This document shows, in pieces, positions 28,514 to 38,792 of a stretch of DNA of 64,000 nt. The notes beneath the pieces were generated by a model that saw only the letters and a program-made list of their open reading frames with translations, made no database searches and was not told the DNA's origin. Position 1 is the stretch's first letter. The number at the start of each line of letters is the position of its first letter. The position numbers and the translations under genes were made by a program. The stretch is from a virus (lineage: Duplodnaviria > Caudoviricetes): positions 293 to 64,292 of the IMG/VR virus record IMGVR_UViG_3300044624_001881; one strand, given 5' to 3'.

Positions 28514-31500
28514 GTGGCGAACGATAAAAAGTTTATAGTCAAAAATGGCCTTTTGACTCAACAAACAGTAGTAATTGGTAGCGCAACCGACAATGGAGTA
28601 AACAAACTTCAGGTTACAGGCAGCTCTATTTTTACTCAGAGTACTTCTGCAACACCTACTATTAGCATCACTAATACTGGTGGCACGAGTAACTCAATTA
28701 TCGCTCAATTTACAGGTGACTCAGATAGTCTTCGAATCTTAAACATTGGTACTGGCGATTATGCCATTGTAAACTCTCAACAAAATAATGGGATTCGCTT
28801 CTACGATGACACGGCTGGTGTAGAAATTCTCTACAACGGTTCTGTAGATGTTGCTTTCAATTCAACAGGCATTGATTTTAAGCGCCAACCAACATACAAC
28901 GGTTCGGTTTTCTGGAATGCTAATAACGATGGATCGGGATCTGGTCTTGACGCAGACTTACTTGATGGCATAGATTCTCTTAGATTCTTACGTTCTGATG
29001 AAGATGATACATTTAACGGTAATCTCACCATCACAGGTAATCTTACTGTTTCTGGTAATACGACTACAGTTAACACAGAAACTATTCTTCTTGCTGATAA
29101 CATTATCACTCTCAATAGCAATTACACAGGTTCTACTCCATCAGAAAATGCTGGTATTGAAGTAGAACGTGGAACACTTACAAATTCTTCTTTAGTTTGG
29201 GATGAAACTAACGATTGGTGGAAACTCATTTCAGTTGGAACTGATCTCGGTAGAATTATTACTACCGCTGATGAAGGTTCTGGTAATGGATTCGATGCTG
29301 ACACAGTTGATGGTCTACAAGCAGCTCAGTTCCTACGTTCTGACGCTAATGATACTGCCACTGGAGATATTATTTTTCAAGGAACAATTACGGTCGGTAA
29401 TAATACTGCTGCCGGTGCTACCATTATTATGGATGGGGAAGCCGGTAATAGATATATCTTTTCAAATAATAACGAAATTGGCTTCCTTAACTCTGCTTTT
29501 GCATATGCGGCGTACTCAGACGGTTCGAATAACTGGAGAGTTTTAAACGATACTTATGCTAAAAGATTTATCGATTCAGATAATAACACTTATCTCTTAG
29601 ATCCAGCTTCAACTTCAGTTCTCAATATTATTGATCTCGAAGGTCAAATCCGTCACAACGGTGACACCGATACGTATCTAAATTTCAACGCAGCAGATTC
29701 ATTTGAAGTAAGAACCGGGGGCTCTCAAAGATTAACAGTAACTAACACAGCTGTTACTGCGATAAATCAAATGCGCTCACCGATTTACTATGATAATGAC
29801 GATATTACATATTACGGTGATTTTGCTGGAAATTCAAGATTAAATGATATTACTCTTGTTGGCGAGATTATCGCAGATGGCGACACGAATACTTATCTTG
29901 ATTTTAACGCAGAAGACAGTTTTCAGGTTGTAACTGGAGGTACAGCAAGATTAACAGTAAGTAATACTGCAGTTACTGCTTCAGTAAATATGGTTGCTCC
30001 ACAATTTGTTGATAGTAGCGATAATGCTTATTACGGTGATTTTGCTTCTACTTCTGTAATGAATAACATTTCTCTTGAAGGAAATCTTCAACACAACGGT
30101 GACACCGATACTTACATCACATTCCCAGCCTTAAATCAAATTGGCTTTTATACTGCGTCAACAGAAAGATTTCTTATCACCGACACTTATGCTCAATCTT
30201 CAAACGATTTAAGAGCTCCAAGATTTGTTGATAGTGCTAACTTTAATAAGTTTGCAGACCCAGCTGGAACTTCAGAATTCAACTCAGCAAACTTCTATAG
30301 CGGTGCTGCTAACAACTCAGTAAACATTGGTATTGGTGCTACTGAAAGATTTAATATCGATATAACTGATGGTCAAGGATTTATTCGTTATATTCAAGAC
30401 GAAACAGATACCACAGATCATTCAGTTAATTTCCAGATTATTTCTACAAGCACAGGTTTAAACAGATTCAATTTCAATAAGAATATTGATGTTGGTTCTA
30501 ACAGTGTAACAGGTGCCTTTGGTGTATTCTCTTCTGGTGTTTACGCTCCTGTTTTCTATGATAATGATAACGAACTTTTCTATGCAGACTTTAATAACAC
30601 AGACGTTTCTATTAGAGTTGCTGGCGAGATTATTGCGGGTGATGGATCGTTAACCACACCGACGTTCTCATTCGTTTCAGATCCAAACACAGGTATGTAT
30701 CGTTTCGCTGCAGACACTATTGGATTCTCTGCAGGTGGCAACGACGAGTTTAGAATCTACACGACTTACGCACAAGCTGTTGGTCAGATGCGTGCTCCTA
30801 TCTATTACGATAGTGATAACACTGCGTATTACGGTGATTTCGCAAGCTCATCTGTGATGAATACAATTGGAATTGATTCCGATCTTTTCCATAATGGTGA
30901 TACTGATACTAAGCTTTCATTCAATACAGATTCAATTACGTTAACAACTGCTAACGTAGTAAGATTAACAGCAAACACAACTGCTCTTACATCATCTCTT
31001 AATACTTATGCTCCTCGTTTCTACACAGATGATTATCTAGTACACGTAGGAGATGAAAATACTTACGTTGGATTTGATGCTAATGATACATTCGGTGTTT
31101 GGACTAATGGCGCGAATAGATTAAGTATTACTACTACTGCCATTACCGGTTCTGTAAACTTTGTCGGACCAAGATTTGTAGATAGTGATAATAATGCTTA
31201 TTACGCAGAACCAGCTTCTTCGTCAGTATTTAATACTCTAGGAATTGATTCAGATCTATTCCACAACGGTGATACTGATACTAAGCTTGCTTTCGCAACA
31301 GACTCTATTGCTCTTAACACCGCTGGTGCTACAAGACTTACCGCTAATAACACCGGCGTTTATACAACAAATCTATATTCATCAGGTGTTGTTGACGCTG
31401 TAACTGCTGTATATGCTCCTATCTATTATGATAAAGACAACAACAGCTATTACGCAGATTTTGCAAATACCGGTACTTCTATTGTTGCTGCTGGTAAAAT

Positions 31501-34500
31501 TGCTGTAGGAAAAACTTCTGCCTCAGCTATGGTAGATGTTAATATTGCTACCGCTATGGGAGCAAATCCATATGCTGCCGGTAATCAATATATTAAACTT
31601 GGTGACGCTAGTGTAGTAGACTTCTCTATCGCTGGCGATAACTTAAGAAATATTTGGGGTATTATAGAAAGCTCTGCGCAATTTGTATTTGCGGATTCTG
31701 CAGCTACAATTCTTCTTTCTATGGATGCTACTGCAGGTGATGTTATTGTTGGAGACCAGACAGCTCAATACGCAACATCAGATGGAGTGCCAACTTTTGT
31801 AGGTGCGCTGGACGCAAATAAGCTTCATGTAAATGGTTCTGTTCAACTTAACGGAATCAACAACGCGATCTCAATCTATGCTGCAGACGCTGGCAACACA
31901 GCCATTAGCTCAGCAACATTCCTTGCTGTTAACGAACTAGGATTTAGTGGTGGTGGCGGGTTCTATATGAACGACACCACAAACATTAGAGTAAAAAATA
32001 ACAAAACTCTTACATCTACTGGTGATTTCCAGGCAGCCCGTTTTGTTGATGTAAGCGACACAAACTATTTTGTAGATCCAGCTAGTACCTCAGTAATGAA
32101 TCGTATCGGTATTGATGATTATATTCAACATAACGGTGATACAGATAATTACTTCGGTTTTGCTGCTAATGATACATTCCGTGTCTTTACAGGAAACACT
32201 CAGCGTCTAAACGTTGATAATGACTCTGCAGATTTTGCTGTAGATGTATATGCTCCTCGTTACTTTGATTCAGCTAACAGCTCTTATTATGTAGATCCAG
32301 CATCGACATCTATTATGTCAAGAATCGATATTGACGATTACATTCGTCATAGAGGTGATGAAAACAATTACTTCGGTTTTGAAGCTAACGATACATTCCG
32401 TGTCTTCACTAGTGGTACACAAAGATTTAATGTAGACGACAACTCTGCAGATTTTGCTGTAGATGTATATGCTCCTCGTTATTTTGATAGCAATAATAAT
32501 ACTTTTGTAGGCGACTTTGCTGGTACATCAGTATTTGCTCGTGTTACTATGCCGCAAAATACTGTTGGTGTATCTTTCTCTGGAAACTCAAACGTTCCAG
32601 ACTATTACATCGGTCAAACAACCGGTGATACCGACGCTTGGAAAATTTATGGCGAAAGCCCATCAGGAACTGATACTGCTAGCTTAATCATTGCAGTAGA
32701 AGGTGATAGAGATGCTAACGAGCAGATTAGATTTAGATTTAAGAACTCTACAACGTTTGCTACAACCGATGCTCTAGTTGCATACCACGATTATGTTCAA
32801 GCTACAACAAGCTTCCGTGCTCCTATCTTTGAAGATAGCAATAACACCGCATTCTATATAGATCCTGCATCTATATCTGTTACGAACACAATGAGAGCAA
32901 ATCAGTTCCAAATTGATGGCTCTACTTATATTATCGATTCACCAGCTGGCGAGTATGGTTCTATTCGTGTAGAAGGTGCTGTAGATGGAACATGGGCTGG
33001 TTACGCAATTCGTGACGACTGGGTCTTCATGGCTGATGGCGCTACAAATGCTGGTATCTATAATGATACAGATAACGAGTGGGCGATTCAATTCATTCGT
33101 AACGGCGGAACAGATTTACTTTTCGACGGTATTAAACAAGCTGAAACAGAGAATGGCCATTTCTTAGCAACTAACCAAATGAGAGCACCAATTTATTATG
33201 CTCCAAGCAGCACGTCATATTGGTTAGATCTCGACGTAGCAAGCGGTACTGACGCTTTAAGAATACCTAGTCAGATCAATCGCTTGAATTTTACAGCAGA
33301 CAGTGGTTCTACAAATAACTTCCTTGTTGCTCAAGATCAAAACCATTTTGTTTGGACTCCTGTTACAAACTGGGGTATCTTCTGGGCTACAAACTCTACT
33401 GCGGCTTATCGTCATACTCCGTTTGTAGATAATATGATTACGTTCGTAGGTGCAGGAACTGTTCGTGCAGCTATTGATCTAGATAATGGTAACGCGTACT
33501 TCCAAGGTGAAGTAACAGCCTCTAACTTTAGAATTAGTGGCGGTAACGAAGATCTTGGTATTCTTAAAACATACGGATCTGGTCTTGCAGATACGAAGAT
33601 GTTTGATGGCACCGAGTACTGGGAAAAGCGTGTTATTCAAGCCATGCAAGGTGTTGAAGACAGCGCAACTACAGTAACTGCAGAATATGTAAAGAATAAC
33701 AATGGTCCGTTTGCTTCTACATATGCTTTAAGAACAGATCAATATAGAACCTTTGACTCTGATTATATTCCGGTTGAACCAGGTGAACAAATTTATGGTG
33801 AAATCGCTGCAAGATATATTTCGGGATCTGGTGGTCTTGTATATATGGGAATTCGTCGTTACGATAAAGACAAACTTCCTATTACATCAAACGATGGTAT
33901 TGAATATTTCGTTGTTAGTGCCAATAACTTAACAGACACTAACTGGGTAACATTTAGCGGTCATACAACAATTCCAACGACACACACTCCGTTCAACGGT
34001 TCCGATGGCGGGGGATGTAAGTATGTTCGTGTGATTGTTCTTATGAACTATCCAAATGGAACTGGCCCTGCTCTACGTGAATACGGTCCTCCGGTTCTAA
34101 AGAGAACAAACCATCTAAGTAATGCGCAGTTCCAAAACGTTACAGTGAATGGAAACGCCAGTGTTACTGGAACTGTAACTGGTACTCAGTTTATCGACGC
34201 AAACAATAACGCGTATTACGTCGACCCAGCTAGCACCTCTCTAATGAATGAAATCCATGTTGATGAATATATTCGTCATAATGGTGATACAGACAGTTTC
34301 CTTAGATTCATAGGTGAAGATGACGTGCAGCTTGTAGCTGGTGGTCGTCAGATGCTTCGTATGACTGAAGGAACAGATCCTGATAGATTAAGATTTGTAA
34401 CTGACACGAACTGGACCGATTCTGACGGTGACTGGAACATGTCTCGCGACATCACGGTTGGTAGAACAGGTACTGCTGTTACTGATTTTAGAGCGCCAAT

Positions 34501-37500
34501 CTTCTATGATAGCGCTAATACAACGTTCTATGGTGATTTCGCTTCGACATCACAATTAAACCAACTTATTCTAACTAACGCAGAACCACTTCGTTTTACT
34601 ACTACATCAACTGCTCTATTCGACTATGAAGGTGCTTCTCTAAACGTTCCATTCAATATGCAAAATACAGGTGGTACTGTATCAGACGGTTCAGCAGATG
34701 GTGTTCTTCAGTTAACAAGAATAAACCATAACAATGCTTCAACTACTGCCGGTGCTGGTCTTTACTTCCAACTTAAGGATAGCGCAGGGACTCTAAGAGA
34801 GTACGCCGGTATCTATGGTCGCAAGACTGTTGCTGGAATTGGCGGCGGTGAACTTGTATTCATGAACTATGCAAGAAATGAATTAGCTTACTTAAACAGC
34901 GGGTTCTTCAGACATACGACAGATGTAAGAGCTCCTCTATTCTCTGATAGTAATGATACTGCGTTCTTTATGGATCCAGCTAGCACTTCTGTAACTAACA
35001 TCGTGAGAGCGAATCAGCTTCAACTTGATGGTTCTACTTATCTTATCGACACTGCTTCTGGTGATTATGGTTCAATTCAAGTAAGTGGAAATAAAAATGG
35101 TTGGGCTGGCTATTCTATTAATGGCCAATGGAACTTCATGTCAAGTGGACCTGGTAATGCTGGTATCTACAACGACACTGATAACGAATGGGCTATTTTA
35201 GCAGCACAAAACTCAGATGTTCAGATTTACTTTGATGGTACATGGGAAGAAAGATCTCGTTCTGGATATATGGAAGCTCGTGGTGCTTATTACGCTCCTA
35301 TCTTCTATGATTCAGATAACACAACTTATAGAATTGATGGTAATGGTACTTCAAGACTTCTAACACTTAACGTTGATAACGTAATTGGCGGTAGTGTTAA
35401 CGGATATTCTACAACTCTTCTCTTTACCGATAATAGAACTATTTCTCCAAGCGAAGATCCAGCTGGTAGAATGAGATTTGGTTTCACCTCTTGGAACAAT
35501 AATAACACTTCGCCATATGCTGATTATCTACATCTAAGATCTTATACAGACGCCACAGGTGGATCTGATAATCTTGTGATGTTTAGAAAAGATGCTATCG
35601 GTATGCGCATCTGGCAGCAAACTTGGGGTAGTGCTACTGCGTATGCTACAGTTAGAAACGTAGCTATTTACAATGAAAACCCAGGAGCTTCAAACGATCT
35701 TTATGCTTCTATCTTCTACGATTCAAATGACACTGCATTCAGAGTTGATCCAAACAGTGTTTCTACTATTAGACAGATGCGTGTTGCTGCTCCGGTTCAA
35801 GCAGCTGATTATCTAAATGCTGCTATCGAAGTTAGAGAATTCAACTACGGTGGAGCGCAGACTGACGTTTACGCTACTGCTCCTAGAATAGCTTTCCATT
35901 GGAGTGGTAGAGTTGCAAGTCAAATTGCGATGGCGTCTGATGGTGAAATTCGTATTCTAAATAACCCAGGTACTGCTACAGAAGCATTTAGAGCTTCGAA
36001 CATTACAGCAGAAAGCGCTCTTTATAGCCAAATATTCTATGATAGCAATAATACTGCAAGATTTGTAGATCCGGCATCTACGTCCCAAATGAACCAAATT
36101 GTTATCAATGGTCAATCAACAATGGCGACACAGCCAGCATTGGTTGCTAGCAACTTTGGCCACGGCATTTATGGTCTGTACGATCCAACCAGATACCAAC
36201 ACGTATGGAGTATGGGTACTGCTTATAACCTTCCAGCAGACGGTCTAAGCACAGGCGCAACAGCAGGAAATCTATACGGTTTAGCTTGGGCTTTTAACCC
36301 GAACCATTCAGTTGCCGGAACAAACGTTCAAGCAAAAGCAGGCCTGAACCATCAGCTTCTTCTTATTCAAAATGGTACTACTACTTTTGCTGCCGGTTCT
36401 GGAATGTGGACTTCTGGTATTGCAACCAGCACAAACAGTTTCCGTGCTCCTATCTTCTATGATACCGACGACACTGCTTTTTACTTCAACGGCGCTACAT
36501 TAAACGACACACGTTTCGAAGGTGTTAATGCCAGAACAAAAGCAATGATGGGTCTTTCTGGGCAAACAAGATCTAGCGCAGAATTATACTCAGCAAGACC
36601 TAGAAACACGGCCGATCAAAACTACTGGACGGGCGCAATGGGTTGGTCCACTGTTGATATGAACACCGTCGCAGACTGGGGTTGTGGTTTCATTGATTCT
36701 TCTGGTAACCCAGGTAACCAACCAGCCGGCACTTCACACTGGGTGGGTGTTCAAGCTTTACATTTTACTGACGGATCTACTCGTTACGGTTGGCAGATGG
36801 TTGGCGGACCAATTGGTAACCTTAGATTTAGAAATACTTGGCCAAGTTTCCAAGCCTGGAGAACGATTCCAGTTCTTGATATTAATAACAATAACGGCGG
36901 GGCTATGTACGCTGGTATTTACTACGACTCTGACGATACCGCGTTTTATTGTGATCCAACTGGATTTACTAACCTAAACACTGGTGTACGTGCAACTGAC
37001 TTCTATGCACGTGATTGGTTCCGTAATGATAATGCTGGTGAAGGTCATTATAACCAAGCAACAGGTGTTCATTCTTATTCTAGAAACGCGAATGAATGGA
37101 GACTAGCAGGTAACAATAGCGCTAACGCTATGAACCTTCGTGGTTTAGCTAACTATGATGCAGTGAGCCGCTTCTGGATTCATGGTGCTACAGACGGATA
37201 CCAAGGTTTCTTAAACGATGCAGGCCAGTGGGTTCTTCGCATCACTCACGCCGACGGATTTTCTCCTGGTATTCGTTTCCAAGAAGAAGCTAACGAAACT
37301 TGGACCGGCAACCCAGGTTCTGATGTTGGTAAGATTGAATACCATGCTAACCGTTTCTACATCGCATCAGGTGCAAACTCTGATCGTATCGTTCAGTTTA
37401 GAAGAGATGGTACTGACGTATCATTCATTGGTAACGACGGTGTGTTTAACGGTACTGCAACATCTGCTCGCTACGCTGACCTTGCAGAACGTTATGAAGC

Positions 37501-37852
37501 AGACGCGATCTATGAAGCAGGTGTTGTTCTTGGTATCGGTGGTGACAAAGAAGTTACTCTATATCAACCAGGTATGCCACTCGCTGGAGCTGTCTCTGTT
37601 AAGCCAGGTTATCGCATGAACGATAAAGATTATGGAAACGATAATTCTATCGAAGCTAAAATGAACCCATTCGTTGCTCTTAAAGGTCGTATTCCAGTTA
37701 AGATTAATGGTTCGGCTAAGAAAGGACAGTGGATTGTTGCAGATAAAGATGGTAAGGGTCGTGCTGTAGATTACGGAAGTGATGTAAATAAGCACGAAAT
37801 TATCGGTGTTGCTATCGGCAATGGTGAAGGCGAAGTAGAAGTAAAGATCTAA
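28514..37852 (+). CDS. Very long modular tail fibre / receptor-binding protein (3112 aa)
   Basis: GTG start after GGGGAGAG. 'DADLLDG' motif, many 'RAP.FYDS.NT.(F/Y)..DPAS.S' and 'HNGDTDT' shaft repeats, and C-terminal 'ARYADLAERYEAD..YEAG.V..IGG..EV...VALKGRIPVK' autocleaving-chaperone-like domain. Confidence 0.8.
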   Translation: MANDKKFIVKNGLLTQQTVVIGSATDNGVNKLQVTGSSIFTQSTSATPTISITNTGGTSNSIIAQFTGDSDSLRILNIGTGDYAIVNSQQNNGIRFYDDTAGVEILYNGSVDVAFNSTGIDFKRQPTYNGSVFWNANNDGSGSGLDADLLDGIDSLRFLRSDEDDTFNGNLTITGNLTVSGNTTTVNTETILLADNIITLNSNYTGSTPSENAGIEVERGTLTNSSLVWDETNDWWKLISVGTDLGRIITTADEGSGNGFDADTVDGLQAAQFLRSDANDTATGDIIFQGTITVGNNTAAGATIIMDGEAGNRYIFSNNNEIGFLNSAFAYAAYSDGSNNWRVLNDTYAKRFIDSDNNTYLLDPASTSVLNIIDLEGQIRHNGDTDTYLNFNAADSFEVRTGGSQRLTVTNTAVTAINQMRSPIYYDNDDITYYGDFAGNSRLNDITLVGEIIADGDTNTYLDFNAEDSFQVVTGGTARLTVSNTAVTASVNMVAPQFVDSSDNAYYGDFASTSVMNNISLEGNLQHNGDTDTYITFPALNQIGFYTASTERFLITDTYAQSSNDLRAPRFVDSANFNKFADPAGTSEFNSANFYSGAANNSVNIGIGATERFNIDITDGQGFIRYIQDETDTTDHSVNFQIISTSTGLNRFNFNKNIDVGSNSVTGAFGVFSSGVYAPVFYDNDNELFYADFNNTDVSIRVAGEIIAGDGSLTTPTFSFVSDPNTGMYRFAADTIGFSAGGNDEFRIYTTYAQAVGQMRAPIYYDSDNTAYYGDFASSSVMNTIGIDSDLFHNGDTDTKLSFNTDSITLTTANVVRLTANTTALTSSLNTYAPRFYTDDYLVHVGDENTYVGFDANDTFGVWTNGANRLSITTTAITGSVNFVGPRFVDSDNNAYYAEPASSSVFNTLGIDSDLFHNGDTDTKLAFATDSIALNTAGATRLTANNTGVYTTNLYSSGVVDAVTAVYAPIYYDKDNNSYYADFANTGTSIVAAGKIAVGKTSASAMVDVNIATAMGANPYAAGNQYIKLGDASVVDFSIAGDNLRNIWGIIESSAQFVFADSAATILLSMDATAGDVIVGDQTAQYATSDGVPTFVGALDANKLHVNGSVQLNGINNAISIYAADAGNTAISSATFLAVNELGFSGGGGFYMNDTTNIRVKNNKTLTSTGDFQAARFVDVSDTNYFVDPASTSVMNRIGIDDYIQHNGDTDNYFGFAANDTFRVFTGNTQRLNVDNDSADFAVDVYAPRYFDSANSSYYVDPASTSIMSRIDIDDYIRHRGDENNYFGFEANDTFRVFTSGTQRFNVDDNSADFAVDVYAPRYFDSNNNTFVGDFAGTSVFARVTMPQNTVGVSFSGNSNVPDYYIGQTTGDTDAWKIYGESPSGTDTASLIIAVEGDRDANEQIRFRFKNSTTFATTDALVAYHDYVQATTSFRAPIFEDSNNTAFYIDPASISVTNTMRANQFQIDGSTYIIDSPAGEYGSIRVEGAVDGTWAGYAIRDDWVFMADGATNAGIYNDTDNEWAIQFIRNGGTDLLFDGIKQAETENGHFLATNQMRAPIYYAPSSTSYWLDLDVASGTDALRIPSQINRLNFTADSGSTNNFLVAQDQNHFVWTPVTNWGIFWATNSTAAYRHTPFVDNMITFVGAGTVRAAIDLDNGNAYFQGEVTASNFRISGGNEDLGILKTYGSGLADTKMFDGTEYWEKRVIQAMQGVEDSATTVTAEYVKNNNGPFASTYALRTDQYRTFDSDYIPVEPGEQIYGEIAARYISGSGGLVYMGIRRYDKDKLPITSNDGIEYFVVSANNLTDTNWVTFSGHTTIPTTHTPFNGSDGGGCKYVRVIVLMNYPNGTGPALREYGPPVLKRTNHLSNAQFQNVTVNGNASVTGTVTGTQFIDANNNAYYVDPASTSLMNEIHVDEYIRHNGDTDSFLRFIGEDDVQLVAGGRQMLRMTEGTDPDRLRFVTDTNWTDSDGDWNMSRDITVGRTGTAVTDFRAPIFYDSANTTFYGDFASTSQLNQLILTNAEPLRFTTTSTALFDYEGASLNVPFNMQNTGGTVSDGSADGVLQLTRINHNNASTTAGAGLYFQLKDSAGTLREYAGIYGRKTVAGIGGGELVFMNYARNELAYLNSGFFRHTTDVRAPLFSDSNDTAFFMDPASTSVTNIVRANQLQLDGSTYLIDTASGDYGSIQVSGNKNGWAGYSINGQWNFMSSGPGNAGIYNDTDNEWAILAAQNSDVQIYFDGTWEERSRSGYMEARGAYYAPIFYDSDNTTYRIDGNGTSRLLTLNVDNVIGGSVNGYSTTLLFTDNRTISPSEDPAGRMRFGFTSWNNNNTSPYADYLHLRSYTDATGGSDNLVMFRKDAIGMRIWQQTWGSATAYATVRNVAIYNENPGASNDLYASIFYDSNDTAFRVDPNSVSTIRQMRVAAPVQAADYLNAAIEVREFNYGGAQTDVYATAPRIAFHWSGRVASQIAMASDGEIRILNNPGTATEAFRASNITAESALYSQIFYDSNNTARFVDPASTSQMNQIVINGQSTMATQPALVASNFGHGIYGLYDPTRYQHVWSMGTAYNLPADGLSTGATAGNLYGLAWAFNPNHSVAGTNVQAKAGLNHQLLLIQNGTTTFAAGSGMWTSGIATSTNSFRAPIFYDTDDTAFYFNGATLNDTRFEGVNARTKAMMGLSGQTRSSAELYSARPRNTADQNYWTGAMGWSTVDMNTVADWGCGFIDSSGNPGNQPAGTSHWVGVQALHFTDGSTRYGWQMVGGPIGNLRFRNTWPSFQAWRTIPVLDINNNNGGAMYAGIYYDSDDTAFYCDPTGFTNLNTGVRATDFYARDWFRNDNAGEGHYNQATGVHSYSRNANEWRLAGNNSANAMNLRGLANYDAVSRFWIHGATDGYQGFLNDAGQWVLRITHADGFSPGIRFQEEANETWTGNPGSDVGKIEYHANRFYIASGANSDRIVQFRRDGTDVSFIGNDGVFNGTATSARYADLAERYEADAIYEAGVVLGIGGDKEVTLYQPGMPLAGAVSVKPGYRMNDKDYGNDNSIEAKMNPFVALKGRIPVKINGSAKKGQWIVADKDGKGRAVDYGSDVNKHEIIGVAIGNGEGEVEVKI
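32223..32481 (+). repeat. Exact 40-bp direct repeat within a 219-bp (73-codon) tandem module duplication
   Basis: actctgcagattttgctgtagatgtatatgctcctcgtta occurs at 32223-32262 and at 32442-32481. Confidence 0.85.
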
Positions 37853-38425
37853 TCAGTCGTCATTATATAGAAACAAATCTACTGGAAGAGCTATACGAAG
37901 AGTCGAGTCGTATCTTCTGACATGATGATAAAGGAAACCTGGGAAAATTATTACATCACCAGTTTGCGGCATGTGTACTGTTGGTTTAAACTGTGGTTGA
38001 AACTCTAACGTGTACCCACGGTTCGCGTTAGTTCGAGGATCACTGAAAACAATTTCTCCTCCTCTATCATCATGCTCTGCCATAATATAGAAAACTGCTA
38101 TAAATGGTGAGCCTGCATGGTTATGTGTATCCATACTATAGCCACTGCTATTTCCGGTAAGCCATGATTTGAACTTGAAATCATAGTCGTATAGACTTAT
38201 CCCGTATATTTTATCAAGATATTCAGCAAACTTTTCTTCAGCTAATTCTTTTAGTCGAGGAATCTTATGTATGATAACTGAAGCTTCGTCATCGCCAGGT
38301 GAAGTAACAACCTCGTTCGACATAACTCCAGTTAATATAGTTTCACAATCTTCTTTACTAATCTTTGACAAATATACTGTAGTCGGGTAAAGATTAGTGA
38401 ATCCTAAATCCAATCTCTTCATCAT
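37853..38425 (-). CDS. Putative 2OG-Fe(II) oxygenase (phage-type double-stranded beta-helix, HxH...H)
   Basis: 'SW.......MDTHNH....AVFY......GGEIVF.DPR...GDVIIFPGFLYHHV......RIAL' pattern. Confidence 0.8.
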   Translation of the reverse strand: MMKRLDLGFTNLYPTTVYLSKISKEDCETILTGVMSNEVVTSPGDDEASVIIHKIPRLKELAEEKFAEYLDKIYGISLYDYDFKFKSWLTGNSSGYSMDTHNHAGSPFIAVFYIMAEHDDRGGEIVFSDPRTNANRGYTLEFQPQFKPTVHMPQTGDVIIFPGFLYHHVRRYDSTLRIALPVDLFLYNDD

Positions 38426-38792
38426 AATATTCCTTTACGTCTGGTACCATGCCAGTCATTTTTAATGGCAGTTCAATGTCTCTTAAAATTTTGTTGTATG
38501 TTTCTTGATCTTCTTCATATGTTTTAAAATATGGATCATTGCCAGCAAGCAACATTGGATCTTTAAGAAGCTCTATTAAATCTTCATTATAATCTTCGGA
38601 TATCCAACTTGCATAGCATACTGCTACGAAATAACTCTTCGCCGGATATATCCATTGATCTACTTTTTCATGAAAATGACGGATGATATCGTTGTAATCG
38701 TCGCTCATGACAACATCGACTTCGTTTAGATCGTCTCGATATTCATGATTAAGTCTATGATATATCTCTTGTTTAATTTTCCACTCTTGCAT
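38394..38792 (-). CDS. Hypothetical protein in the radical SAM operon (132 aa)
   Basis: Overlaps both neighbours in the operon. Acidic and helical, with 'WIYPAKSYFVAVCYASW'. Confidence 0.65.
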   Translation of the reverse strand: MQEWKIKQEIYHRLNHEYRDDLNEVDVVMSDDYNDIIRHFHEKVDQWIYPAKSYFVAVCYASWISEDYNEDLIELLKDPMLLAGNDPYFKTYEEDQETYNKILRDIELPLKMTGMVPDVKEYYDEEIGFRIH

